From Eledone cirrhosa (taxonomy: Eukaryota): a stretch of 64,000 nucleotides of DNA. The notes below the pieces were generated by a model. That model was not told the origin of the DNA and did not search any database. It was given only the letters and a program-made list of their open reading frames with translations. The stretch is taken from NCBI GenBank assembly GCA_964016885.1, contig OZ024756.1, positions 1,860,001-1,924,000 of the forward strand. Direction: 5' to 3'. The translations under genes were made by a program, and so were the position numbers. Positions 38,201 through 51,000 of the stretch are shown piece by piece. Every line of letters starts with the position of its first letter. Within the stretch, counting starts at the first letter, position 1.

Positions 38201-41200
38201 TCCGTCTTGCTGTCTTCAGTACATCTATGAAGTGTGCAGTGTCAGTGATCTGGTCCTCTGTCTTGCTGTCTTCAGTACATCTATGAAGTGTGCAGTGTCA
38301 GGGATCTGGTCCTCTGTCTTGCTGTCTTCAGTTCATCTATGAAGTGTGCAGTGTCAGTGATCTGGTCCTCTGTCTTGCTGTCTTCAGTACATCTATGAAG
38401 TGTGCAGTGTCAGTGATCTGGTCCTCTGTCTTGCTGTCTTCAGTACATCTGTGAAGTTTGTAGTGTCAGTGATCAGGTCCTCTGTCTTGCTGTCTTCAGT
38501 ACATCTATGTAGTGTGCAGTGTCAGTGATCAGGTCCTCTGTCTTCCTGTCTTCAGTACATCTGTGAAGTGTGTAGTGTCAGTGATCAGGTCCTCTGTCTT
38601 GCTGTCTTAAGTACATCTATGTAGTGTGCAGTGTCAGTGATCAGGTCCTCTCTCTTGCTGTCTTCAGTACATCTATGAAGTGTGCAGTGTCAGTGATCTG
38701 GTCCTCTGTCTTGCTGTCTTCAGTACATCTATGAAGTGTGCAGTGTCAGTGATCTGGTCCTCTGTCTTGCTGTCTTCAGTACATCTGTGAACTTTGTAGT
38801 GTCAGTGATCAGATCCTCTGTCTTGCTGTCTTCAGTACATCTATGTAGTGTGCAGTGTCAGTGATCTGGTCCTCTGTCTTGCTGTCTTCAGTACATCTAT
38901 GAAGTGTGCAGTGTCAGTGATCTGGTCCTCTGTCTTGCTGTCTTCAGTTCATCTATGAAGTGTGCAGTGTCAGTGATCTGGTCCTCTGTCTTGCTGTCTT
39001 CAGTACATCTGTGAAGTTTGTAGTGTCAGTGATCAGGTCCTCTGTCTTGCTGTCTTCAGTACATCTATGTAGTGTGCAGTGTCAGTGATCTGGTCCTCTG
39101 TCTTCCTGTCTTCAGTACATCTGTGAAGTGTGCAGTGTCAGTGATCAGGTCCTCTGTCTTGCTGTCTTAAGTACATCTATGTAGTGTGCAGTGTCAGTGA
39201 TCAGGTCTTCTGTCTTGCTGTCTTCAGTACATCTATGTAGTGTGCAGTGTCAGTGATCTGGTCCTCTGTCTTGCTGTCTTCAGTACATCTGTGAAGTGTG
39301 TAGTGTCAGTGATCAGGTCCTCTGTCTTGCTGTCTTCAGTACATCTATGAAGTGTGCAGTGTCAGTGATCTGGTCCTCTGTCTTGCTGTCTTCAGTACTT
39401 CTATGAAGTGTGCAGTGTCAGTGATCTGGTCCTCTGTCTTGCTGTCTTCAGTACATCTATGAAGTGTGCAGTGTCAGTGATCTGGTCCTCTGTCCTGCTG
39501 TCTTCAGTACATCTATGAAGTGTGCAGTGTCAGTGATCTGGTCCTCTGTCTTGCTGTCTTCAGTACATCTATGAAGTGTGCAGTGTCAGTGATCTGGTCC
39601 TCTGTCTTGCAGTCTTCAGTTCATCTATGAAGTGTGCAGTGTCAGTGATCAGATCCTCTGTCTTGCTGTCTTCAGTTCATCTATGAATTGTGCAGTGTCA
39701 GTGATCTGGTCCTCTGTCTTGCTGTCTTCAGTACATCTATGAAGTGTGCAGTGTCAGTGATCTGGTCCTCTGTCTTGCTGTCTTCAGTACATCTATGAAG
39801 TGTGTAGTGTCATTGATCTGGTCCTCTGTCTTGCTGTCTTCAGTTCATCTATGAAGTGTGTAGTGTCATTGATCTGGTCCTCTGTCTTGCTGTCTTCAGT
39901 ACATCTATGAAGTGTGCAGTGTCAGTGATCTGGTCCTCTGTCTTGCTGTCTTCAGTACATCTATGAAGTGTGTAGTGTCATTGATCTGGTCCTCTGTCTT
40001 GCTGTCTTCAGTACATCTATGAAGTGTGCAGTGTCAGTGATCTGGTCTTCTGTCTTGCTGTCTTCAGTTCAACTATGTATTGTGCAGTGTCAGTGATCTG
40101 GTCCTCTGTCTTTCTGTCTTCAGTACATATATGAAGTGTGCAGTGTCAGTGATCTGGTACTCTGTCTTGCTGTCTTCAGTACATCTATGAAGTGTGCAGT
40201 GTCAGTGATCTCGTCCTCTGTCTTGCTGTCTTCAGTTCATCTATGAAGTGTGCAGTGTCAGTGATCTGGTCCTCTGTCTTGCTGTCTTCAGTTCATCTAT
40301 GTAGTGTGCAGTGTCAGTGATCTGGTCCTCTGTCTTTCTGTCTTCAGTACATCTATGAAGTGTGCAGTGTCAGTGATCTGGTCCTCTCTCTTGCTGTCTT
40401 CAGTTCATCTATTTAGTGTGCAGCGTCAGTGATCTGGTCCTCTGTCTTGCTGTCTTCAGTACATCTATGAAGTGTGCAGTGTCAGTGATCTGGTCCTCTG
40501 TCTTGCTTTCTTCAGTTCATCTATGTAGTGTGCAGTGTCAGTGATCTGGTCCTCTGTCTTGCTGTCTTCAGTACATCTATGAAGTGTGCAGTGTCAGTGA
40601 TCTGGTCCTTTGTCTTGCTGTCTTCATTTCCTCTATGTAGTGTGCAGTGTCAGTGATCTGGTCCTCTGTCTTGCTGTCTTCAGTACATCTATGAAGTGTG
40701 CAGTGTCAGTGATCTGGTCCTCCGTCTTGCTGTCTTCAGTACATCTATGAAGTGTGCAGTGTCAGTGATCTGGTCCTCTGTCTTGCTGTCTTCAGTACAT
40801 CTATGAAGTGTGCAGTGTCAGGGATCTGGTCCTCTGTCTTGCTGTCTTCAGTTCATCTATGAAGTGTGCAGTGTCAGTGATCTGGTCCTCTGTCTTGCTG
40901 TCTTCAGTACATCTATGAAGTGTGCAGTGTCAGTGATCTGGTCCTCTGTCTTGCTGTCTTCAGTACATCTGTGAAGTTTGTAGTGTCAGTGATCAGGTCC
41001 TCTGTCTTGCTGTCTTCAGTACATCTATGTAGTGTGCAGTGTCAGTGATCAGGTCCTCTGTCTTCCTGTCTTCAGTACATCTGTGAAGTGTGTAGTGTCA
41101 GTGATCAGGTCCTCTGTCTTGCTGTCTTAAGTACATCTATGTAGTGTGCAGTGTCAGTGATCAGGTACTCTGTCTTGCTGTCTTAAGTACATCTATGTAG

Positions 41201-42109
41201 TGTGCAGTGTCAGTGATCAGGTCCTCTGTCTTGCTGTCTTCAGTACATCTATGTAGTGTGCAGTGTCAGTGATCTGGTCCTCTGTCTTGCTGTCTTCAGT
41301 ACATCTATGAAGTGTGCAGTGTCAGGGATCTGGTCCGCTGTCTTGCTGTCTTCAGTTCATCTATGAAGTATGCAGTATCAGTGATCTGGTCCTCTGTCTT
41401 GCTGTCTTCAGTACATCTATGAAGTGTGCAGTGTCAGTGATCTGGGCCTCTGTCTTGCTGTCTTCAGTTCATCTATGAAGTGTGTAGTGTCATTGATCTG
41501 GTCCTCTGTCTTGCTGTCTTCAGTACATCTATGAAGTGTGCAGTGTCAGTGATCTGGTCCTCTGTCTTGCGGTCTTCAGTACATCTATGAAGTGTGTAGT
41601 GTCATTGATCTGGTCCTCTGTCTTGCTGTCTTCAGTACATCTATGAAGTGTGCAGTGTCAGTGATCTGGTCTTCTGTCTTGCTGTCTTCAGTTCAACTAT
41701 GTATTGTGCAGTGTCAGTGATCTGGTCCTCTGTCTTTCTGTCTTCAGTACATCTATGAAGTGTGCAGTGTCAGTGATCTGGTACTCTGTCTTGCTGTCTT
41801 CAGTTCATCTATGAAGTGTGCAGTGTCAGTGATCTCGTCCTCTGTCTTGCTGTCTTCAGTTCATCTATGAAGTGTGCAGTGTCAGTGATCTGGTCCTTTG
41901 TCTTGCTGTCTTCATTTCCTCTATGTAGTGTGCAGTGTCAGTGATCTGGTCCTCTGTCTTGCTGTCTTCAGTACATCTATGAAGTGTGCAGTGTCAGTGA
42001 TCTGGTCCTCCGTCTTGCTGTCTTCAGTACATCTATGAAGTGTGCAGTGTCAGTGATCTGGTCCTCTGTCTTGCTGTCTTCAGTACATCTATGAAGTGTG
42101 CAGTGTCAG
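28133..42109. repeat. Near-identical tandem duplication of 125 monomers (7000 bp), 2 copies
   Basis: Markers at an exact 7000 offset: TCTGCC 28181/35181, AATTTGTAGTGTCAATG 30111/37111, GCGGTC 30761/37761, GCAGTCTTC variant base 32611/39611, TCAGGTACTC 34161/41161. Identity breaks at 28132/35132 and 35110/42110. Confidence 0.92.
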
Positions 42110-45100
42110 GGATCTGGTCCTCTGTCTTGCTGTCTTCAGTTCATCTATGAAGTGTGCAGTGTCAGTGATCTGGTCCTCTGTCTTGCTGTCTTCAGTACAT
42201 CTATGAAGTGTGCAGTGTCAGTGATCTGGTCCTCTGTCTTGCTGTCTTCAGTACATCTGTGAAGTTTGTAGTGTCAGTGATCAGGTCCTCTGTCTTGCTG
42301 TCTTCAGTACATCTATGTAGTGTGCAGTGTCAGTGATCAGGTCCTCTGTCTTCCTGTCTTCAGTACATCTGTGAAGTGTGTAGTGTCAGTGATCAGGTCC
42401 TCTGTCTTGCTGTCTTAAGTACATCTATGTAGTGTGCAGTGTCAGTGATCAGGTCCTCTCTCTTGCTGTCTTCAGTACATCTATGAAGTGTGCAGTGTCA
42501 GTGATCTGGTCCTCTGTCTTGCTGTCTTCAGTACATCTATGAAGTGTGCAGTGTCAGTGATCTGGTCCTCTGTCTTGCTGTCTTCAGTACATCTGTGAAC
42601 TTTGTAGTGTCAGTGATCAGATCCTCTGTCTTGCTGTCTTCAGTACATCTATGTAGTGTGCAGTGTCAGTGATCTGGTCCTCTGTCTTGCTGTCTTCAGT
42701 ACATCTATGAAGTGTGCAGTGTCAGTGATCTGGTCCTCTGTCTTGCTGTCTTCAGTTCATCTATGAAGTGTGCAGTGTCAGTGATCTGGTCCTCTGTCTT
42801 GCTGTCTTCAGTACATCTGTGAAGTTTGTAGTGTCAGTGATCAGGTCCTCTGTCTTGCTGTCTTCAGTACATCTATGTAGTGTGCAGTGTCAGTGATCTG
42901 GTCCTCTGTCTTCCTGTCTTCAGTACATCTGTGAAGTGTGCAGTGTCAGTGATCAGGTCCTCTGTCTTGCTGTCTTAAGTACATCTATGTAGTGTGCAGT
43001 GTCAGTGATCAGGTCTTCTGTCTTGCTGTCTTCAGTACATCTATGTAGTGTGCAGTGTCAGTGATCTGGTCCTCTGTCTTGCTGTCTTCAGTACATCTGT
43101 GAAGTGTGTAGTGTCAGTGATCAGGTCCTCTGTCTTGCTGTCTTCAGTACATCTATGAAGTGTGCAGTGTCAGTGATCTGGTCCTCTGTCTTGCTGTCTT
43201 CAGTACTTCTATGAAGTGTGCAGTGTCAGTGATCTGGTCCTCTGTCTTGCTGTCTTCAGTACATCTATGAAGTGTGCAGTGTCAGTGATCTGGTCCTCTG
43301 TCCTGCTGTCTTCAGTACATCTATGAAGTGTGCAGTGTCAGTGATCTGGTCCTCTGTCTTGCTGTCTTCAGTACATCTATGAAGTGTGCAGTGTCAGTGA
43401 TCTGGTCCTCTGTCTTGCAGTCTTCAGTTCATCTATGAAGTGTGCAGTGTCAGTGATCAGATCCTCTGTCTTGCTGTCTTCAGTTCATCTATGAATTGTG
43501 CAGTGTCAGTGATCTGGTCCTCTGTCTTGCTGTCTTCAGTACATCTATGAAGTGTGCAGTGTCAGTGATCTGGTCCTCTGTCTTGCTGTCTTCAGTACAT
43601 CTATGAAGTGTGTAGTGTCATTGATCTGGTCCTCTGTCTTGCTGTCTTCAGTTCATCTATGAAGTGTGTAGTGTCATTGATCTGGTCCTCTGTCTTGCTG
43701 TCTTCAGTACATCTATGAAGTGTGCAGTGTCAGTGATCTGGTCCTCTGTCTTGCTGTCTTCAGTACATCTATGAAGTGTGTAGTGTCATTGATCTGGTCC
43801 TCTGTCTTGCTGTCTTCAGTACATCTATGAAGTGTGCAGTGTCAGTGATCTGGTCTTCTGTCTTGCTGTCTTCAGTTCAACTATGTATTGTGCAGTGTCA
43901 GTGATCTGGTCCTCTGTCTTTCTGTCTTCAGTACATATATGAAGTGTGCAGTGTCAGTGATCTGGTACTCTGTCTTGCTGTCTTCAGTACATCTATGAAG
44001 TGTGCAGTGTCAGTGATCTCGTCCTCTGTCTTGCTGTCTTCAGTTCATCTATGAAGTGTGCAGTGTCAGTGATCTGGTCCTCTGTCTTGCTGTCTTCAGT
44101 TCATCTATGTAGTGTGCAGTGTCAGTGATCTGGTCCTCTGTCTTTCTGTCTTCAGTACATCTATGAAGTGTGCAGTGTCAGTGATCTGGTCCTCTCTCTT
44201 GCTGTCTTCAGTTCATCTATTTAGTGTGCAGCGTCAGTGATCTGGTCCTCTGTCTTGCTGTCTTCAGTACATCTATGAAGTGTGCAGTGTCAGTGATCTG
44301 GTCCTCTGTCTTGCTTTCTTCAGTTCATCTATGTAGTGTGCAGTGTCAGTGATCTGGTCCTCTGTCTTGCTGTCTTCAGTACATCTATGAAGTGTGCAGT
44401 GTCAGTGATCTGGTCCTTTGTCTTGCTGTCTTCATTTCCTCTATGTAGTGTGCAGTGTCAGTGATCTGGTCCTCTGTCTTGCTGTCTTCAGTACATCTAT
44501 GAAGTGTGCAGTGTCAGTGATCTGGTCCTCCGTCTTGCTGTCTTCAGTACATCTATGAAGTGTGCAGTGTCAGTGATCTGGTCCTCTGTCTTGCTGTCTT
44601 CAGTACATCTATGAAGTGTGCAGTGTCAGGGATCTGGTCCTCTGTCTTGCTGTCTTCAGTTCATCTATGAAGTGTGCAGTGTCAGTGATCTGGTCCTCTG
44701 TCTTGCTGTCTTCAGTACATCTATGAAGTGTGCAGTGTCAGTGATCTGGTCCTCTGTCTTGCTGTCTTCAGTACATCTGTGAAGTTTGTAGTGTCAGTGA
44801 TCAGGTCCTCTGTCTTGCTGTCTTCAGTACATCTATGTAGTGTGCAGTGTCAGTGATCAGGTCCTCTGTCTTCCTGTCTTCAGTACATCTGTGAAGTGTG
44901 TAGTGTCAGTGATCAGGTCCTCTGTCTTGCTGTCTTAAGTACATCTATGTAGTGTGCAGTGTCAGTGATCAGGTACTCTGTCTTGCTGTCTTAAGTACAT
45001 CTATGTAGTGTGCAGTGTCAGTGATCAGGTCCTCTGTCTTGCTGTCTTCAGTACATCTATGTAGTGTGCAGTGTCAGTGATCTGGTCCTCTGTCTTGCTG

Positions 45101-45230
45101 TCTTCAGTACATCTATGAAGTGTGCAGTGTCAGGGATCTGGTCCGCTGTCTTGCTGTCTTCAGTTCATCTATGAAGTATGCAGTATCAGTGATCTGGTCC
45201 TCTGTCTTGCTGTCTTCAGTACATCTATGC
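37630..45230. repeat. Tandem duplication of 68 monomers (3808 bp), overlapping the 7-kb duplication
   Basis: Markers at a 3808 offset: CTGGGCC 37634/41442 (also 30634/34442), GCGGTC 37761/41569, GCAGTCTTC variant base 39611/43419, TCAGGTACTC 41161/44969. Confidence 0.88.
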
Positions 45231-48049
45231 AGTGTGCAGTGTCAGTGATCTGGTCCTCTGTCTTGCTGTCTTCAGTTCATCTATGAAGTGTGCAGTGTCA
45301 GTGATCAGGTCCTCTGCCTTGCTGTCTTCAGTTCATCCATGAAGTGTGAAGTGTCAGTGATCAGCTCCTCTGTCTTGCTGTCTTCAGTACATCTGTGAAG
45401 TTTGTAGTGTCAGTGATCAGGTCCTCTGTCTTGCTGTCTTCAGTACATCTATGTAGTGTGCAGTGTCAGTGATCAGGTCCTCTGTCTTCCTGTCTTCAGT
45501 ACATCTGTGAAGTGTGTAGTGTCAGTGATCAGGTCCTCTGTCTTGCTGTCTTAAGTACATCTATGTAGTGTGCAGTGTCAGTGATCAGGTCCTCTGTCTT
45601 GCTGTCTTCAGTACATCTATGAAGTGTGCAGTGTCAGTGATCTGGTCCTCTGTCTTGCTGTCTTCAGTACATCTATGAAGTGTGCAGTGTCAGTGATCTG
45701 GTCCTCTGTCTTGCTGTCTTCAGTACATCTGTGAACTTTGTAGTGTCAGTGATCAGATCCTCTGTCTTGCTGTCTTCAGTACATCTATGTAGTGTGCAGT
45801 GTCAGTGATCTGGTCCTCTGTCTTGCTGTCTTCAGTACATCTATGAAGTGTGCAGTGTCAGTGATCTGGTCCTCTGTCTTGCTGTCTTCAGTTCATCTAT
45901 GAAGTGTGCAGTGTCAGTGATCTGGTCCTCTGTCTTGCTGTCTTCAGTACATCTGTGAAGTTTGTAGTGTCAGTGATCAGGTCCTCTGTCTTGCTGTCTT
46001 CAGTACATCTATGTAGTGTGCAGTGTCAGTGATCTGGTCCTCTGTCTTCCTGTCTTCAGTACATCTGTGAAGTGTGCAGTGTCAGTGATCAGGTCCTCTG
46101 TCTTGCTGTCTTAAGTACATCTATGTAGTGTGCTGTGTCAGTGATCAGGTCTTCTGTCTTGCTGTCTTCAGTACATCTATGTAGTGTGCAGTGTCAGTGA
46201 TCTGGTCCTCTGTCTTGCTGTCTTCAGTACATCTGTGAAGTGTGTAGTGTCAGTGATCAGGTCCTCTGTCTTGCTGTCTTCAGTACATTTATGAAGTGTG
46301 CAGTGTCAGTGATCTGGTCCTCTGTCTTGCTGTCTTCAGTACTTCTATGAAGTGTGCAGTGTCAGTGATCTGGTCCTCTGTCTTGCTGTCTTCAGTACAT
46401 CTATGAAGTGTGCAGTGTCAGTGATCTGGTCCTCTGTCCTGCTGTCTTCAGTACATCTATGAAGTGTGCAGTGTCAGTGATCTGGTCCTCTGTCTTGCTG
46501 TCTTCAGTACATCTATGAAGTGTGCAGTGTCAGTGATCTGGTCCTCTGTCTTGCTGTCTTCAGTTCATCTATGAAGTGTGCAGTGTCAGTGATCAGATCC
46601 TCTGTCTTGCTGTCTTCAGTTCATCTATGAATTGTGCAGTGTCAGTGATCTGGTCCTCTGTCTTGCTGTCTTCAGTACATCTATGAAGTGTGCAGTGTCA
46701 GTGATCTGGTCCTCTGTCTTGCTGTCTTCAGTACATCTATGAAGTGTGTAGTGTCATTGATCTGGTCCTCTGTCTTGCTGTCTTCAGTTCATCTATGAAG
46801 TGTGTAGTGTCATTGATCTGGTCCTCTGTCTTGCTGTCTTCAGTACATCTATGAAGTGTGCAGTGTCAGTGATCTGGTCCTCTGTCTTGCTGTCTTCAGT
46901 ACATCTATGAAGTGTGTAGTGTCATTGATCTGGTCCTCTGTCTTGCTGTCTTCAGTACATCTATGAAGTGTGCAGTGTCAGTGATCTGGTCTTCTGTCTT
47001 GCTGTCTTCAGTTCAACTATGTATTGTGCAGTGTCAGTGATCTGGTCCTCTGTCTTTCTGTCTTCAGTACATCTATGAAGTGTGCAGTGTCAGTGATCTG
47101 GTACTCTGTCTTGCTGTCTTCAGTACATCTATGAAGTGTGCAGTGTCAGTGATCTCGTCCTCTGTCTTGCTGTCTTCAGTTCATCTATGAAGTGTGCAGT
47201 GTCAGTGATCTGGTCCTCTGTCTTGCTGTCTTCAGTTCATCTATGTAGTGTGCAGTGTCAGTGATCTGGTCCTCTGTCTTTCTGTCTTCAGTACATCTAT
47301 GAAGTGTGCAGTGTCAGTGATCTGGTCCTCTCTCTTGCTGTCTTCAGTTCATCTATTTAGTGTGCAGCGTCAGTGATCTGGTCCTCTGTCTTGCTGTCTT
47401 CAGTACATCTATGAAGTGTGCAGTGTCAGTGATCTGGTCCTCTGTCTTGCTTTCTTCAGTTCATCTATGTAGTGTGCAGTGTCAGTGATCTGGTCCTCTG
47501 TCTTGCTGTCTTCAGTACATCTATGAAGTGTGCAGTGTCAGTGATCTGGTCCTTTGTCTTGCTGTTTTCATTTCCTCTATGTAGTGTGCAGTGTCAGTGA
47601 TCTGGTCCTCTGTCTTGCTGTCTTCAGTACATCTATGAAGTGTGCAGTGTCAGTGATCGGGTCCTCCGTCTTGCTGTCTTCAGTACATCTATGAAGTGTG
47701 CAGTGTCAGTGATCTGGTCCTCTGTCTTGCTGTCTTCAGTACATCTATGAAGTGTGCAGTGTCAGGGATCTGGTCCTCTGTCTTGCTGTCTTCAGTTCAT
47801 CTATGAAGTGTGCAGTGTCAGTGATCTGGTCCTCTGTCTTGCTGTCTTCAGTACATCTATGAAGTGTGCAGTGTCAGTGATCTGGTCCTCTGTCTTGCTG
47901 TCTTCAGTACATCTGTGAAGTTTGTAGTGTCAGTGATCAGGTCCTCTGTCTTGCTGTCTTCAGTACATCTATGTAGTGTGCAGTGTCAGTGATCAGGTCC
48001 TCTGTCTTCCTGTCTTCAGTACATCTGTGAAGTGTGTAGTGTCAGTGAT

Positions 48050-51000
48050 CAGGTCCTCTGTCTTGCTGTCTTAAGTACATATATGTAGTGTGCAGTGTCA
48101 GTGATCAGGTCCTCTGTCTTGCTGTCTTAAGTACATCTATGTAGTGTGCAGTGTCAGTGATCAGGTCCTCTGTCTTGCTGTCTTCAGTACATCTATGTAG
48201 TGTGCAGTGTCAGTGATCTGGTCCTCTGTCTTGCTGTCTTCAGTACATCTATGAAGTGTGCAGTGTCAGGGATCTGGTCCGCTGTCTTGCTGTCTTCAGT
48301 TCATCTATGAAGTATGCAGTATCAGTGATCTGGTCCTCTGTCTTGCTGTCTTCAGTACATCTATGCAGTGTGCAGTGTCAGTGATCTGGTCCTCTGTCTT
48401 GCTGTCTTCAGTTCATCTATGAAGTGTGCAGTGTCAGTGATCAGGTCCTCTGCCTTGCTGTCTTCAGTTCATCTATGAAGTGTGAAGTGTCAGTGATCAG
48501 CTCCTCTGTCTTGCTGTCTTCAGTACATCTATGAAGTGTGCAGTGTCAGGGATCTGGTCCTCTGTCTTGCTGTCTTCAGTACATCTATGAAGTGTGCAGT
48601 GTCAGTGATCTGGTCCTCTGTCTTGCTGTCTTCAGTACATCTATGAAGTGTGCAGTGTCAGGGATCTGGTCCTCTGTCTTGCTGTCTTCAGTTCATCTAT
48701 GAAGTTTGTAGTGTCAGTGATCAGGTCCTCTGTCTTGCTGTCTTCAGTACATCTATGTAGTGTGCAGTGTCAGTGATCAGGTCCTCTGTCTTCCTGTCTT
48801 CAGTACATCTGTATAGTGTGCAGTGTCAGTGATCAGGTCCTCTGTCATGCTGTCTTAAGTACATCTATGTAGTGTGCAGTGTCAGTGATCAGGTCCTCAG
48901 TCTTGCTGTCTTCAGTACATCTATGTAGTGTGCAGTGTCAGTGATCTGGTCCTCTGTCTTGCTGTCTTCAGTACATCTGTGAAGTGTGTAGTGTCAGTGA
49001 TCAGGTCCTCTGTCTTGCTGTCTTCAGTACATCTATGAAGTGTGCAGTGTCAGTGATCTGGTCCTCTGTCTTGCTGTCTTCAGTACATCTGTGAAGTTTG
49101 TAGTGTCAGTGATCAGGTCCTCTGTCTTGCTGTCTTCAGTACATCTATGTAGTGTGCAGTGTCAGTGATCAGGTCCTCTGTCTTCCTGTCTTCAGTACAT
49201 CTGTGAAGTGTGCAGTGTCAGTGATCAGGTCCTCTGTCTTGCTGTCTTAAGTACATCTATGTAGTGTGCAGTGTCAGTGATCAGGTCCTCTGTCTTGCTG
49301 TCTTCAGTACATCTATGTAGTGTGCAGTGTCAGTGATCTGGTCCTCTGTCTTGCTGTCTTCAGTACATCTGTGAAGTGTGTAGTGTCAGTGATCAGGTCC
49401 TCTGTCTTGCTGTCTTCAGTACATCTATGAAGTGTGCAGTGTCAGTGATCTGGTCCTCTGTCTTGCTGTCTTCAGTACTTCTATGAAGTGTGCAGTGTCA
49501 GTGATCTGGTCCTCTGTCTTGCTGTCTTCAGTACATCTATGAAGTGTGCAGTGTCAGTGATCTGGTCCTCTGTCTTGCTGTCTTCAGTTCATCTATGAAG
49601 TGTGCAGTGTCAGTGATCAGATCCTCTGTCTTGCTGTCTTCAGTTCATCTATGAATTGTGCAGTGTCAGTGATCTGGTCCTCTGTCTTGCTGTCTTCAGT
49701 ACATCTATGAAGTGTGCAGTGTCAGTGATCTGGTCCTCTGTCTTGCTGTCTTCAGTACATCTATGAAGTGTGTAGTGTCATTGATCTGGTCCTCTGTCTT
49801 GCTGTCTTCAGTACATCTATGAAGTGTGCAGTGTCAGTGATCTGGTCCTCTGTCTTGCTGTCTTCAGTTCATCTATGAAGTGTGTAGTGTCATTGATCTG
49901 GTCCTCTGTCTTGCTGTCTTCAGTACATCTATGAAGTGTGCAGTGTCAGTGATCTGGTCCTCTGTCTTGCTGTCTTCAGTACATCTATGAAGTGTGTAGT
50001 GTCATTGATCTGGTCCTCTGTCTTGCTGTCTTCAGTACATCTATGAAGTGTGCAGTGTCAGTGATCTGGTCTTCTGTCTTGCTGTCTTCAGTTCAACTAT
50101 GTATTGTGCAGTGTCAGTGATCTGGTCCTCTGTCTTTCTGTCTTCAGTACATCTATGAAGTGTGCAGTGTCAGTGATCTGGTACTCTGTCTTGCTGTCTT
50201 CAGTACATCTATGAAGTGTGCAGTGTCAGTGATCTCGTCCTCTGTCTTGCTGTCTTCAGTTCATCTATGAAGTGTGCAGTGTCAGTGATCTGGTCCTCTG
50301 TCTTTCTGTCTTCAGTACATCTATGAAGTGTGCAGTGTCAGTGATCTGGTCCTCTCTCTTGCTGTCTTCAGTTCATCTATTTAGTGTGCAGCGTCAGTGA
50401 TCTGGTCCTCTGTCTTGCTGTCTTCAGTACATCTATGAAGTGTGCAGTGTCAGTGATCTGGTCCTCTGTCTTGCTGTCTTAAGTACATCTATGTAGTGTG
50501 CAGTGTCAGTGATCAGGTCCTCTGTCTTGCTGTCTTAAGTACATCTATGTAGTGTGCAGTGTCAGTGATCAGGTCCTCTGTCTTGCTGTCTTCAGTACAT
50601 CTATGTAGTGTGCAGTGTCAGTGATCTGGTCCTCTGTCTTGCTGTCTTCAGTACATCTATGAAGTGTGCAGTGTCAGGGATCTGGTCCGCTGTCTTGCTG
50701 TCTTCAGTTCATCTATGAAGTATGCAGTATCAGTGATCTGGTCCTCTGTCTTGCTGTCTTCAGTACATCTATGCAGTGTGCAGTGTCAGTGATCTGGTCC
50801 TCTGTCTTGCTGTCTTCAGTTCATCTATGAAGTGTGCAGTGTCAGTGATCAGGTCCTCTGCCTTGCTGTCTTCAGTTCATCTATGAAGTGTGAAGTGTCA
50901 GTGATCAGCTCCTCTGTCTTGCTGTCTTCAGTACATCTATGAAGTGTGCAGTGTCAGGGATCTGGTCCTCTGTCTTGCTGTCTTCAGTACATCTATGAAG

